A DNA stretch of 64,000 bases, taken from assembly GCA_000091205.1 (NCBI GenBank), contig AP006502.2, one strand, 5' to 3'. The notes beneath the pieces were generated by a model, which saw nothing but the letters and a program-made list of their open reading frames with translations, had not been told where the DNA came from and made no database searches. Every line of letters starts with the position of its first letter. Within the stretch, counting starts at the first letter, position 1. This document shows positions 10,841-23,277 of the stretch, in pieces. This DNA is from Cyanidioschyzon merolae. Taxonomy: Eukaryota. The position numbers and the translations under genes were made by a program.

Positions 10841-11847
10841 CGGAGGCCGCGTTGAACGCGCATCGCCCTCATGCAGTCATGGTGATGCATGATGCGTTTC
10901 GCGCGAGCGTTTACGCATTCCGGCCATCGCCGTGCACATTGTTGCGTATTCGATTGATGCGCACATTCCGTGACGAAGCGTGTGTGCGTTTGCATCAGCT
11001 GCACCCGGGATCGCAACAGCGGCGCAGGAGCGGGTGCTGAACGGGTGTGAATCTGAAGTGTCCAATGATCTAGCGAGGGCGCACACTGCGCTTCACAGGG
11101 CCGCAGCTGACGCGCTCAGGGAGGTCTAGAGAACGCTGCCGTCACGGGTCTCGTCTTTCGTATGCGCCTGTGCAGTGCTGGGTAGCCGACGAGCCCAAAT
11201 TACCCGTGAGCGCGACCTGAGGCCTTGGGTTGCTCGCTCCGCATAGCCATTGCTCGCTCGCATGATGCAGAAGCAGGGCCCAACCGGACGTACGGTAGCT
11301 TGCGGGACAGGAATCAAAGCATTGCCCAGGGACTGTCGATGTTGTTTGGCAGTCCGTATGCGACTGAGGTTGACAGTGCTGCATGGCCACTGTTTTCAGG
11401 GCTTTTGGCATTGGCGATTACCGCTGTGTACCCGACACAGAATCCAAGGTGCTTGTATCCGGAGATCTGGCCGTTGGACACCTTCGTCCGATGCCTGCTC
11501 AGAGCGTCGGGCGCAAGCCGGGCGATTCTCACATGATTGTCCGGCAGTGCAGCAAAACTGCAGATGGGCGCTGGTGCACAGCGCCCATCTGCGACAAGCG
11601 CCGAAGCTCCAGTGCAGAGCACATATGGACAGTAGTCCTTATACCAGAAAAGCATGTTCGAAAGCATCAACCAGCCTGATACGACCTACGATCGCAGTAT
11701 GTGCGCAGAATTTCAGACATCTCATGGAGCGCGATACCAATGCGTACAACGCTGAGGATTCTCGCGCAGCCACTTGCTCATATGCGGTGCATCGCGCTCA
11801 AACCTGGACCCAGCGTCGGTGCATGTCATGAAATCAAAGACGAAAGC

Positions 11848-13203
11848 TCACTGAAATCCATTCCAAGTCGCACCTGATTCGGGATTTTGCGACATGTCAT
11901 CGGCTTGCAGTCGATGTCCGGCTCCGTCGGGGTCGAGTCGTGCACCCGGAAACACATAGCGACTTGGCAGTTGAAAGTACTGTTCTGGGTCGCCAGCCAG
12001 CGAACATCGCTCCGTATCACCTATTTTGTCCGACCAGCCCAGAAGCTCTGCTATTAATCGAACGATAAAGTCACAGTCACCAAGGAGCTCCACATCAAAC
12101 TGGATTCTTGCTCGTGCGACTACTTCCCTGTTCACCAGAATCTGCGGGACGCTTGCGTCGAGGCTGCGCGGCATATCGGCAACGGGCGCCACCTGCAACG
12201 ATGTTCCAATGACGAGGAGCATATCAGCTCGTCGAAGATCATCTTCGATTGAATCGAAAAACTCCTGCGGCAACGGCTCGCCGAAAAACACTATACCCGG
12301 CTTCATGACTGGCTCAGGGTCGAAACCGTCGGATCCGCACGAGTCTTCGCTGTCAGATGCAAGGCCATCATCCAAGCTTGAGCGCTTGTCATTAGCATGC
12401 AACGCTTCCTCTCCGGTACATCGCTCACAATAGATCACGTTGCCTCTTCGAATCTGATGTCGATCCTGTTCACATATCGCACGTGACCGGTTGCACTTGA
12501 CGCAGCGAAGCGTATCGAAGCTACCGTGGCAGAATATCGTTCGGCTAATTCCCGCTGCACGCTCGAGCCCGTCAATGTTCTGTGTATAACATCGAAGCAA
12601 CTTGCCGGATCGCTCAAGCTGTGCAATAAACCGATGACAGAAAGATGGTTTTCGAAGCGCCTCTTCTGGTGGGAAAATTTCAGCCGCAAACTCATAGAAA
12701 GGCCGCGGGTCAACCAGAAACTGGTCCAGATCGAAAAGCATCTGAGGGTCGTCAAGGAAAGGGTATCGCGCCTGAACCCGTTCGTAGATGCCGCCCTCGC
12801 TCCGAAAGTCTGGTATGCCGAGTGAAGTTGATATCCCTGCACCACACAAGACGAGGATGTTCTCGGAATTTCGAAGCAGCGACACCACATCAGATAGGGT
12901 GTTGATTTCAGGGAGTTTTGGACGCACGTAGCCTCGTTCGAGGATAGAAGCCAAAACTGTAGCTAGGATAGTTTCCTCGTCCAGCTTTGTTTCCTCTACC
13001 AGCTCTTTCAGCCTCTCAGGTCCTATCTCGTCAGCTAGGAGCTTTCGGAGCTCGGTTTCGCTAGCGCCAACCCGTACGTGCCGCTCGCCTCGAAGAAGAG
13101 CAAGCGCAGAAGAGTATATCGTCGATCCAGAGGGCGACGAAGCCTCCGTTCCCTCACTTAGTTCCTCGAGGCTTTCACTGGACGGAGATTCACCGGTTTC
13201 CAT
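11848..13203 (-). CDS. NAD-dependent protein deacetylase, sirtuin (Sir2 family, class I-like)
   Basis: 451-aa ORF. GAGISTSLGIPDFRSEGGIYE Rossmann/NAD motif, YTQNIDGLE, HGSFDTLRCVKCN...CERC zinc ribbon, GTSLQVAPVADM. Confidence 0.85.
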   Translation of the reverse strand: METGESPSSESLEELSEGTEASSPSGSTIYSSALALLRGERHVRVGASETELRKLLADEIGPERLKELVEETKLDEETILATVLASILERGYVRPKLPEINTLSDVVSLLRNSENILVLCGAGISTSLGIPDFRSEGGIYERVQARYPFLDDPQMLFDLDQFLVDPRPFYEFAAEIFPPEEALRKPSFCHRFIAQLERSGKLLRCYTQNIDGLERAAGISRTIFCHGSFDTLRCVKCNRSRAICEQDRHQIRRGNVIYCERCTGEEALHANDKRSSLDDGLASDSEDSCGSDGFDPEPVMKPGIVFFGEPLPQEFFDSIEDDLRRADMLLVIGTSLQVAPVADMPRSLDASVPQILVNREVVARARIQFDVELLGDCDFIVRLIAELLGWSDKIGDTERCSLAGDPEQYFQLPSRYVFPGARLDPDGAGHRLQADDMSQNPESGATWNGFQ

Positions 13204-16200
13204 ATAAGTAGAGGGAGCTAGGCACGTCAGCGATCTCGCTCAACGCGTGTGCTCAGTTGTTTACCGAGCCGCATGCACAGGTCGGTTGTTCGCTCGAAGC
13301 GCGGGTACCTGGCGGCGGCGACGCGGTGTGTATACCCGGTTGCGTCGGAGGCATCACCGCGGCCGTTGGCGCACTGCGCCGCTCTGCAGCTTGCCGGGTG
13401 AGTGCGGTGGCGCGCCGGCGCTCGGCACAGAAAGCGGAAGAAACAGGATCTCATCGCCGGCGATAGCGAAACGCGTATGCAGGCGACTTTCGCCCATGAT
13501 ACATGATATGCTGTGACCTGGAGGTTTGGATGCAGCACAGTGCATGAATGCAAGAAGCATCGCAAGCTGCGTATCTACTGTTGGAAACGGAGCAAGAGAC
13601 TGCCATGCTCTGCACAAGACTCGATATTCCATGAACGCTTGATGAATGCGTCTGTTTGGGATTGAAGCTTGAACAAGAGAGCCATGCAGGGGATGTTGTG
13701 CCCTGCCATAGGCGCTACCTGCTACACACTGGCTGTTCTGCGGTGCTCGTCGTTCCGAAATAGTACGGTTATTCGTTGTTTTGTGGGCTTGAGTTCGAGG
13801 CTATGATCCGGAGAGGGCCTGCCTTGGCGACGATGCCCTACATGTCGTAAGGGCGTGTTTCTGAAAGTAGTCCTTGACGTACCGTGCATTCGACAGGAAG
13901 AGGTCGTGCATTGGCCTCGTGGTTTGTCTGTACAGGCGCTCCGGAAGGCGATGATACATATCGGAAGCTCATCTGCGGGATTTCAACGGGCGACTGGAGT
14001 GCGCGACCATTGATACAACCAATGCATCGAAAGAACCACTTACAAATGGATAACACTCGCGGCAACTGACTATTGACTGCTCCCAAGACTACCCGAAGCT
14101 GTAAGGATGCCGTCCCGCTAGTGAATCACTTCAGAAGCACAGCGTTCGACCACTAGACGCCGCCAGGAAACACTGCCGAATGTCGCTGGAATGCGCCATC
14201 CACTTCATTACAAAAGCGAGTTGTCGATGTGGGATCCTACCGGAGTTTCCTATGTATTCATGAACGAGATATCCATGTTCTATGTCGAGAGTTTGCAAAC
14301 GTATATCAAAGTCTGTGCCCGTTCTGCCCTCCGGAGACTGAATACAGTTCTGCATCCAAGTCAGAATAGAATAGAGGAACAAAGTGTGCTGTCTGGACCC
14401 GGCTTTCCATGTTTTCCTCCATTTTATCAAATGTATAGCCTCGGCATTGGAAACGCGTCATTTGGGGTCTCGGCATTCATACGAATTTCTATGATTCTCG
14501 TGGGTTGTAATGGAGGAGCTTCTTGCCGTCTTCGCCACTGGAGCCTGTTTAATCACAGAAATCGAGATGATTCGCCCCGCCCTCGAACAGGGCATCGAAG
14601 AACGGCCGATATTCTTATTCAATGCACGTGCTCGCGCCCCGACTTGTTTCCTTTCGCGTCACATGTTCAAATCAGGTGCTCGCGAGTTTTTCGATGTTCT
14701 GGTTCAAGGCAATTTGTGGGTAGAGCGATTCGCGCCACAACCTAAACAAGAAATGAGTTTCCAAAAAAGCCTGTAGAATGCCGTTATACAATTTCATGCC
14801 TAGCTTTCACTGATTTTGTCATATGAAACAATCCGCCGCGTTAGAAGGACAAGTCCTTCTCTGGATATAACCATCGGAGAAACGGCCTTTGATGCCATCA
14901 TAATGTCTGTTAGCAGGTATGCTCTGAAAACCTCACCTCTCTTGTGTTCGCATTGCACAATGACTGGGACCCGTGCTCCCGTCATTGCATTCACTGCTCT
15001 GAGAGGAGAGTGCGTCAACGTTTCAGATGCAGTGTACCTATCCATTCCGAAATTTCCGAATTGTTCTCCGTTCAGGATACTCCTAGAGGTACTTGGTCCA
15101 TCACAGACGATATCGCGCCCCATAAATCCTCTAAGGAATGAAACAGTGCGCGCTTTCGTGTTCCGCGGATAGCCTGCGCGCCCCAGGGGCCCGCCCAGAA
15201 GTTATCCTTGACCGTAGCGTGCGGCACAGGGCGCGGGGACGGAAGAGTGCAACCAGAATGGACTCCTCTACTCGGCAGGGGCGTACACCGAGCGATGAAT
15301 CAGGCGTTCGGGCGCACCAGGCCAGCGCTCGAAGCAGCGCTGTGGTGCACTTATTGAATTGCTCGGGCATAGCCATATACCACCACTTCGAAGGACGTTT
15401 TGTGGCTGAACTTAAAGAAGATGATAATGGCGAAGGAAACGCAGATTGCAACATCTGCCCGTTTACGAAATTTCTGGCCAACAATCGGAAGCGATACATT
15501 CTTGATTTGAAGACTGCGATCAATATTCTTCGACAATTGACAACGGAGCTACAGCGAGAAGAGAGACCGCCGTACAGAATGCGGGAGATAAGAGAGAGGA
15601 AAGGGAAGCAGTTGCAGAAAGGACCCGCAAGGGATCGTTTTCATGACAGTGCGCAGAGACCTGATGTTTCGCGCGTGCATACGAGTCAAAGTGCATGGTC
15701 TGCGGTAATCTTCGCTGGGTACGATGTCCGCAGATTGCCGAACCTGACACGTGTCTTTCGGACAGCGCGCACCATGCTCATGGACGCACGCTGACCTTTT
15801 TGATAAACAATGTACAGTTAGGGCCGATGTCCAAGTCCGTGCCCCAGCCGCCTCTGATCCAGTCCGTGCAGGCGCGCGCTGCACATCCGTGGTGCCGGGC
15901 ACACGCGGCACCCATTCGGGCACACGTCTCATCCGCCGCCGCTTTCGACGACTGCGCGGGAAGCGCAATCCAGTCCGAGGCGTCGCGTGCCGATGCGCGC
16001 TCTCAGCGATGATCAGGGAATATCTGCGAACACGCGCCTGTGATGGCGCTTGTAGCGGGTGTTTCCATCTACGGGCAAGGGAAGGGTCGGCGACACCTGG
16101 CGTTCCGTTGATCAACTGCTGAGCACAGAACGGGGAACAAGACGTTTATTGAGGTGAGTGTGCTGCAGCGCGCGAGACAATTCCATCAGGCGTGCACCTT

Positions 16201-16419
16201 GGTGACGCCGCCTGTGTGCAGCAGTCTCGTCACGGAAGTGAGCACGACTTCGAGTACCGCCTGACAACGTACCGGAATTTGCAGACACTCTGCATCAAGT
16301 TTGTGGAACGAGAACTCCGCAGTTCCCAGCATCGGTAGTTTGCGCTATTCCAGCTGGACCTGGAGAGTCGAGGACTATCGGCCTGCTGCAACTGACGAGG
16401 ACAGCGCACGTGGTCACCG

Positions 16420-17418
16420 GTGACCTCGCGCAAGGTTGCACCTACCGAGGACCCCGCACCAGACGCAACACGCTGTCCAGACTTCAGGATCCAGTATCGA
16501 GCTCGGGTCTTTGAGTCGACACTAGCGAACGTGAACCCGCACATCACGCGGGTGACGGGACGACAAACGAGTGCACAACGCTCCCGGTGTCAAGGCAGCG
16601 TTCGTGGTCTGTGTGTCGACCAATTTTTTTTTGGGCGCGCTGAATACTGTGCTCCCGAGTTCAGCTCTTGGATGAGATCCGGGCGGCCCCGTGAGGAAAA
16701 AGGCCTCCGTCACTTTGCCGTTCGTATTTGCCACAAAGTCGAGCAGAAAGGCGAGACCACCTACAATGAGGTCGCGGATGAGCTGGTCGCCGAACTGCTG
16801 CAGGGAAACAATGGCGTAGCGCCGCGTGATCCGGCGAGTGAAGAGAAGAATGTGCGCCGTCGAGTCTACGATGCGCTGAATGTGCTGTGTGCTATCGGCG
16901 TGGTGCACAAAGATCGTCGCGCTGTCCGCTGGCATGGTCTACCTCGCGCCAGCGTACGAGAGCAGTCTCTCCTCGAGAACGAACTGAGCCGTCTGAGTTC
17001 GAGTGTGCGGGACAAGGACGGCCGGATCCAGCGATACCGCACAATTGTACGAGCGCTCGAGCGCCTTGTCCAACGCAATATGCGCGGTGCGGCGGTGGCG
17101 AGCAGCGGGCGCCCGCGCTCCGCGTCGCTACAAGGCGATTCGGCTGTTCGGCTGCCGTTCCTGCTGATCGCCACCGATCCGGATGCAGCAGTCGATATCG
17201 ACGGAGACGAACCAGGTTCAGATCGCTGCAGCTTCACCTTCAATCGCCCGTTCCAGGTGTATGACGCGGACGGCGTCTTACTGGAGCTGGACGCGATGAT
17301 CTGCAACTCGGGTGCCAGACAGGATAGCGCGTCGGTGCCCGCGACTACCAACTGTGCCTTGGGTTCGAATGAGGCATCGGCATCGGCGACAGCAGCAGCC
17401 AGCGAGCCTCCGCTATGA
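16420..17418 (+). CDS. transcription factor DP (E2F dimerisation partner)
   Basis: 332-aa ORF. KGLRHFAVRICHKVEQKGETTYNEVADELVAEL...NVRRRVYDALNVLCAIGVV...VRWHGLP matches the DP winged-helix DBD. LPFLLIATDP matches the DP dimerisation domain (LPFIIVNT in human). The true start is probably an internal Met near 16.66 kb. Confidence 0.85.
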   Translation: MTSRKVAPTEDPAPDATRCPDFRIQYRARVFESTLANVNPHITRVTGRQTSAQRSRCQGSVRGLCVDQFFFGRAEYCAPEFSSWMRSGRPREEKGLRHFAVRICHKVEQKGETTYNEVADELVAELLQGNNGVAPRDPASEEKNVRRRVYDALNVLCAIGVVHKDRRAVRWHGLPRASVREQSLLENELSRLSSSVRDKDGRIQRYRTIVRALERLVQRNMRGAAVASSGRPRSASLQGDSAVRLPFLLIATDPDAAVDIDGDEPGSDRCSFTFNRPFQVYDADGVLLELDAMICNSGARQDSASVPATTNCALGSNEASASATAAASEPPL

Positions 17419-17674
17419 CCCACGCGCAGCGGGATCGAGGCATCGCCTGCTGCTGTGCGGATGCCGATGCCTCATTCGTGATCGTTACAGGCCGCCGACG
17501 CTGCCGCATCCGTACTGCGCACCGTTGCGACATGGGCCATCATTGCAATCCATGCGTGTCTGCGTGTCTGCGACACGTTGCCAGCCAAAGTGCCGCTTCG
17601 AGCAACACGCGATCGCAGCTGATGCTGTCGCTGAGCGCTTCGATCTAGACACACATATCAACAGGGACGCACGT

Positions 17675-17696
17675 ATGCATGCATGCATGCATGCAT
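17675..17696. repeat. (ATGC)n tetranucleotide microsatellite
   Basis: atgcatgcatgcatgcatgcat, downstream of the DP gene stop. Confidence 0.9.
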
Positions 17697-20600
17697 CCAC
17701 ACACGCATCCAGTTCTACTTCATCGGCGGCAACGTCGGCTGCGTTCGACGATCCATCGTGCGCGCTGCAGCGAGCGTCGGCATCCGAAGTAGCACCGCGA
17801 ACTGCGTTGTAGGCGTTCCAGGCTCTGCTTTGTATGCCGTCGTCTCATCGCTTAAAGGCGGGAACCGTTTACGTGCTTGACTAGTGGAAGCGCACGCGAT
17901 CGAATCTGTCACCCAAGCGCTGGGAAGCGTACGCGTGGATGCCAATGCCCGTAACGATGCGCTGATGCCTCGAGCGCCATGCCTGATGCGCTGCCAATGT
18001 CGGTGGCGGGTCAGAACCAATACGAACCGTCCAATGGACGACGCTATGCACAAAATGGAACGCCACGGCATCCGCTGCGCTCCGGCGGCGCCGTTATCGC
18101 TGCATCTATCTGCATGATCGATATGAACGAATCGAGTGCGTTCCACTCCGAGCAGCGAATTCTAGAACACGTGCACCAACACGCCTTTTTGATTTTGTTT
18201 GTTTTCCTCGCATGTACGCAATAAGAGCATCATATCTTGTGCCTAAGAGAATTGTCGCGGAAAGACTCGATGCTGTCGCTGCTATCGTACGAAAATCGGC
18301 CTTAGTTACGCAAGTCAGTGCTTCCACGTTGAGCAAGTAGATCGACGACCCGCGACTAGTCCCTGTGCTGGATGTCGCGCACCCAAAACAGAACGTTTTA
18401 AACGCTTTCTACGAGACTGCATCCAAGTCAATCCAGTTCACCCCGAAGTTCTCGTACAAGTACCACGAAAGAATCTATAGGACATGAAGTTTCTTTACGG
18501 AGCATACGAACGATAATAAGGAGACACGATGCTCAACGAGAAGCGCCCGCCATTACATGAGACCATGGCACCTTGAACAAAATTTCTATGTCTTTCTTAC
18601 TAAACAAGAACGCTGATTACAGGAGAGATGCGTCTTCAGCTCACTCGATGAAATATCGTTGAGCAAATATAGTAGATATGTACATTGATTCTCCAAGAGC
18701 CTTCATGTGCTGTTGGTAAAGAAGAGCTATGCGGGCACGCGGACAACATCATCCCTATCGGGAATTCAATCGCGTGGTCGCCTACAGACTGTTACGCGGT
18801 TAGGATTCTTCAATACCTCAATCTTCCTCGAGGAGCCTCCTGCCTTATTTCTGACCTGCTCACAGACAACGTGGTTTTCCATCACTCAAAAGCGGTAAAG
18901 CAGCTCGCGGTTGAGAAGAAGGCGGAGCTCGACCTCATGGGAGCGAGTCCTCCCTGGTTCAATCCCGTACAAGGCGATTTCTCTGCTGCGAAACGCCGTT
19001 TTTGCGCTTACGGATTCGTAGACGATTCGTTCGCATCGGTGACACGGAAGCGCAAACGGCGCTTCTGTGACAATTCATTCTCTACACTCGCCTTGATGGA
19101 CCTCATCGCGCAGCGGATGTTAGGAGTTCCCCACGCAGGGCTATCCGCAGTACACATTCCGCTGTAGGTTATGGAGCAAAGCTGCGTGCACGGCCATAAT
19201 TGCTCCTCGGCAAACAAGAAGCAGTACTGCTTGACTGGGGCATCACAGCGTTGCCTATACGCTTCCAAGAATCCCTTGGAATGTCGCCGTGCCACCTCGG
19301 CAATCGGCACATAGACAGCGCAGGTTCCAGCAAGTATTCAACGAACCTGAAATACCAGAATCTTTCGCAGGTCGGTCTCGAGCACTTCATGAGGTGCAGC
19401 ATTTGGACACGCCACCTTCATATTGCTGGCAAAGAAAAATCGGGACTGACAGAGCGATGCTCGGGGTGTTCATGGGCGCAAATAACGAGCTGATGGCGAA
19501 TGGGCTCGACGTGCTATCGAGTTCGGAAGCGGAGCCACAGCGAGAGCGAGAGAGTCGCTTTGGATCGTCCAAGCGCTTCGCGCAGCTGTGAACCCCGAAG
19601 CTACCAACGAAGTATGCAAGGCGTAATTGGAATGCCATATCTGCTTTCCTCTGATCTTGATCGACTATGTTATCGCGATGATGGCGCTACAGAGCATGGG
19701 ACACGCCCGACCCGGATCCGTGCGCCCAAGTCTCCACATGCGTCCATTTGATGTGGTCCAGATATGGCCAATCCACACATATGGTACTATTACGAGTGAT
19801 TCTGTGCTGTATATGCTCTTTAATGGCTAACCATGGTCTCCACAAGCAACTATGAAGCATTAGAAAACTCTGTGAAGAATGTTCGCGTAGCTCGTTCAAG
19901 GGATCCCTTTTGCAGCGAATTACATGGAAAGAAATTCTCATGGACGATAGCGATCGATAGAATATCGATTTGCGTTCATGCGGCAAAGATCTGGGCCTGT
20001 ATCGAGCACCGGGACGCATGCTCATTCATTCAAGGTTGACGAATATGGAGACAATGTGGCGGGCGTGAATCCCGAGTCCAAGGGCTCTCGGGCGTCGCCG
20101 TCCCTCCAAGTCAAGAGGACGGTGCCAGAGACCTGAACGGAAAGCAGATGAAGTCGCTCAAATTTTCCAGGACTCGCGATGATTGCGAGTCGGGCGCTTC
20201 AGACTCTGGGAGGCACACAAACAATACAAAGTGCCTGTCCATGGATCCATCTCGACGCTTTGAGCACCACATCGAGCGGAGAAGCACGTTTGTTTAGGCT
20301 TCATTCATGCAGTAGATCAGCGTCCAGATGTCTCACACGAACGATCTTTGGAGAAAGCAGATGAGACTGCGCTGCGCTGCGCTCGCCAATGCTCTCTGTT
20401 CCACGAAGGCAAGAATCGTGCATTCGTAACTCGGTCTGTGAATTGGAAAAGCATGCGAACGCAAAATCGCGTTGTTCCGTAATAGCATGTGGCGTTCTAT
20501 GTGCTGTGATACCCGAGAGCAGCACTCTCACTCGTTCAAGCCGAGCGTTTAACGAGTGCAGGAATCGGTTCCGCACGATTCCCATCCAAGAGTTCCAGAT

Positions 20601-21780
20601 GGCATCCACGCATACCGAACACTTGTGCATGATGAAAAAAGTTGAGAAGAGGAGCGTCTGACAGAGCCGAATGCATGAGATAGTACACGGTAAAATGAAC
20701 GAACTTCAGATGGCGAGGCGATCGAAAACGAGCGGCTTGGTGTATTGTGATTCCACCAGAGATTCTGTGCGCAAGCACTTGTTTTACACCGAATGTTTAA
20801 CGCCTCGATCAAGAGTCCGAAATATGTTTTACTCCAGTAGCGTCCAGTGGGTGTATAGCAGGCAAATTTTAGAGAGAAGCATCTAGAATTGAGAGTGTGC
20901 CAATTGTCGAGGCGATGAAGACTTGCATTAAAAAACTTCGAGGCCACGGGAGAGGCAATTGCATTCTCGTATGGAGCAAGGCAGCGGTATGGTAGGGGTC
21001 GAAATTCCAGAAAGACCGGGACGCTGCGTACACGCACCGTAAAACGCTTCCACGTCCAGTTGGTAAACGATAATCATGTTCCACCTTTACGTATTACCGA
21101 ATATAAACATTCATTGCCCTTACCCGCCGGAAAAACGCGTATCGTATGGTACCGTCGAGAGCGATGCCAAGTCGAGTTTTGTGCAACAGTCTCTGGGCAG
21201 CTTGCGTGACCTGGGCTTGATGTCTTCGATGCGATCGCTTCTGGCCGGTACGCTGTACACCGAATAGTCGAGGCGAGTCGCAGGTGTAGTACGCGGGCTG
21301 CGATTCAGGCTCGGAATCACCAGCGGCGAGAGCAGCGCGTTCTCGTGCCGCCACGCAGCTTCCGTGTCCGGCGGGATGCTGACGTCGCACGGCAAAAGCA
21401 CAGGCGACGTGGCGTCCAGTGGCATGATGCCCGAGAACCGGAAGCATTTATGCCCTCAAAGCTGGTGCAGTTGCCGGGAATCTTCTCCGGAGCAGCAGAT
21501 CATCGCCTATGCTGTAGGCGTGTTAACGAATGCTCACAAATGCCGTCCAGAATATCTCGATGGGCAAGCAATCCACATCATCCTCTGAAAGCGCGGGTCA
21601 CTGCGCAGGATCGTCTCCCAGCAGGATGTCGGCAGCGCACTGCTGTCCTCGCCTCGCTCGAAGCGAGCATTCACCCAGAACCAGGGTATGCAAGGACGTC
21701 GTGACGGACACTGGGCGTTGCGCTGAAGCCTCCGCTGCCGATTGCATCGCGCCCAGCGATGCAATCGGTACCGAACCGCT

Positions 21781-23277
21781 TTAACATGGCGGCATGCGCG
21801 CTTCTCGCGGCAATAAAAGATCGACCAGCAGGCATCCGAAACCAGCAATGCCCTCATATAAACTGTATGGGTTATCCGGGATTCGGGTGCCTTCAACGTA
21901 TAGCAGCCAAGGCACTCGATCAATGGCGCTTGCCATGCCGGCATCAGGCACAGCTTTCGAGCGGGATACCTGAAAGTCCGCAAACGCAAGCGCCCGTTGC
22001 AAATATTCGATAGCGTTCGGGTCAGATGACCTCGCGATCTGATAACAACAGAGCAGGGCATAGGCATTGCCGCCGATGCCGTGGCACAGCCCCGGACCCT
22101 TTCGCAGCAATCCCTCTTGCCAGGTCACGCGCGCCGCAAGCGAAGCTTCTTCCGACAGATTCGGAAAGTGCGGGTATCGGCGCTGTGTAGCAGCACAGAG
22201 AAAAAGCGCACCGGGCGATCCATGACACCATTGCACGAGGCGTTTGCTATCAGTGCTACGTAGCTCTTGAAAACGACTTCGTTCCTGAAGCTTGACCCGA
22301 GTGTCGTAAAAGCCATCGGGCTCACGATGACTAAAAATGAACCCTAGCGTGTTCTTTAAAAGTGCGTCGCTCTGCGTGGGGCGCGCCTTCTCCGGCAGTG
22401 CCGCACAGGCCTCCAAGAGCGCTGCAGTCACACCCATGAGTCCATGGGCGAAACCCATGTACATATTGTCGTGCCACTGGTAGAGCAAGATATTCGCACC
22501 GGGCTGGCAATTGTCCGCCAGAATGGAACCTCGCATCATCAGATACTCAACAACATCCTCTGCAATATCTTGCCCGAGCCACTGCGCATTCGGCCCGAGC
22601 TCCCTTTGCAGGTAGAGCCAGCCGAGGAGATACCCGGCACTCCCGTAGAGTACCTCGTCGGCACAAGACGGCGCCTGATGTTGCGTGTCAGGTACAGCAT
22701 ATTGTCCCATACGTATAAATTGCTCCATGTACGCCTTGCAGGCTTCCGTGTTCGCCCTCGCATTCTCCACGAGCACGCTTGCGAGATAGACCCCAGCTTG
22801 TCCACAGAACACACTTGGACCTCGTTCGGCAACAACCTGATCCCAACGGAACGTGCCGCGCTGGTGACTCTGTGAAAGACCCTGCAAACTGAACGATGCG
22901 TACTCTGCAGCGCTGGCAAGCGCCGACTCTGCGAGCTCCTGCATGGCCTGCCGCAGAGACTCGTCCATACTCGGCTCTTGCGAGATCCTTTTCAGGTTTC
23001 GCCAAACGTGATAGAAGAATATACAGATACCGGCACCGCCGGTGTACAATGTTGGGTCACGTAGCGCGAAACGCGGCGGGTACCGCGTCTGGATCGCCCG
23101 GGCTGTACACCGCAAGTTGTCCAGCGTCTTCAGAGCAAAGGTCGTAAAGACCTCAGAATCATAGCGACCTTGATCTAGCACTTGTGCAAGCTCGCTAAAC
23201 TGGGAAGGGTTCAGGTCGTTCTCGAAGAACCGAGCCCCCTTGCGAAAGCGCACCGTCCCCCTGCGTGGTGTTGCCAT
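21781..23277 (-). CDS. LanC-like protein (lanthionine synthetase C-like, LANCL family)
   Basis: 498-aa ORF. Repeated GxxG motifs of the alpha-toroid (SAGYLLGWLYL, WCHGSPGALFL, GLCHGIGGNAYALL) with conserved Cys/His zinc ligands. About 100-aa N-terminal extension. Confidence 0.8.
   Translation of the reverse strand: MATPRRGTVRFRKGARFFENDLNPSQFSELAQVLDQGRYDSEVFTTFALKTLDNLRCTARAIQTRYPPRFALRDPTLYTGGAGICIFFYHVWRNLKRISQEPSMDESLRQAMQELAESALASAAEYASFSLQGLSQSHQRGTFRWDQVVAERGPSVFCGQAGVYLASVLVENARANTEACKAYMEQFIRMGQYAVPDTQHQAPSCADEVLYGSAGYLLGWLYLQRELGPNAQWLGQDIAEDVVEYLMMRGSILADNCQPGANILLYQWHDNMYMGFAHGLMGVTAALLEACAALPEKARPTQSDALLKNTLGFIFSHREPDGFYDTRVKLQERSRFQELRSTDSKRLVQWCHGSPGALFLCAATQRRYPHFPNLSEEASLAARVTWQEGLLRKGPGLCHGIGGNAYALLCCYQIARSSDPNAIEYLQRALAFADFQVSRSKAVPDAGMASAIDRVPWLLYVEGTRIPDNPYSLYEGIAGFGCLLVDLLLPREARMPPC

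Noticed and set aside
15549-16115. 188-aa Arg-rich ORF on the minus strand
   Set aside because: Low-complexity, Arg-rich composition typical of GC-rich non-coding frames. No motif.
17350-17370. GGGTTCGAATGA T-loop-like motif
   Set aside because: It lies inside the DP coding region with no cloverleaf context. Chance match.
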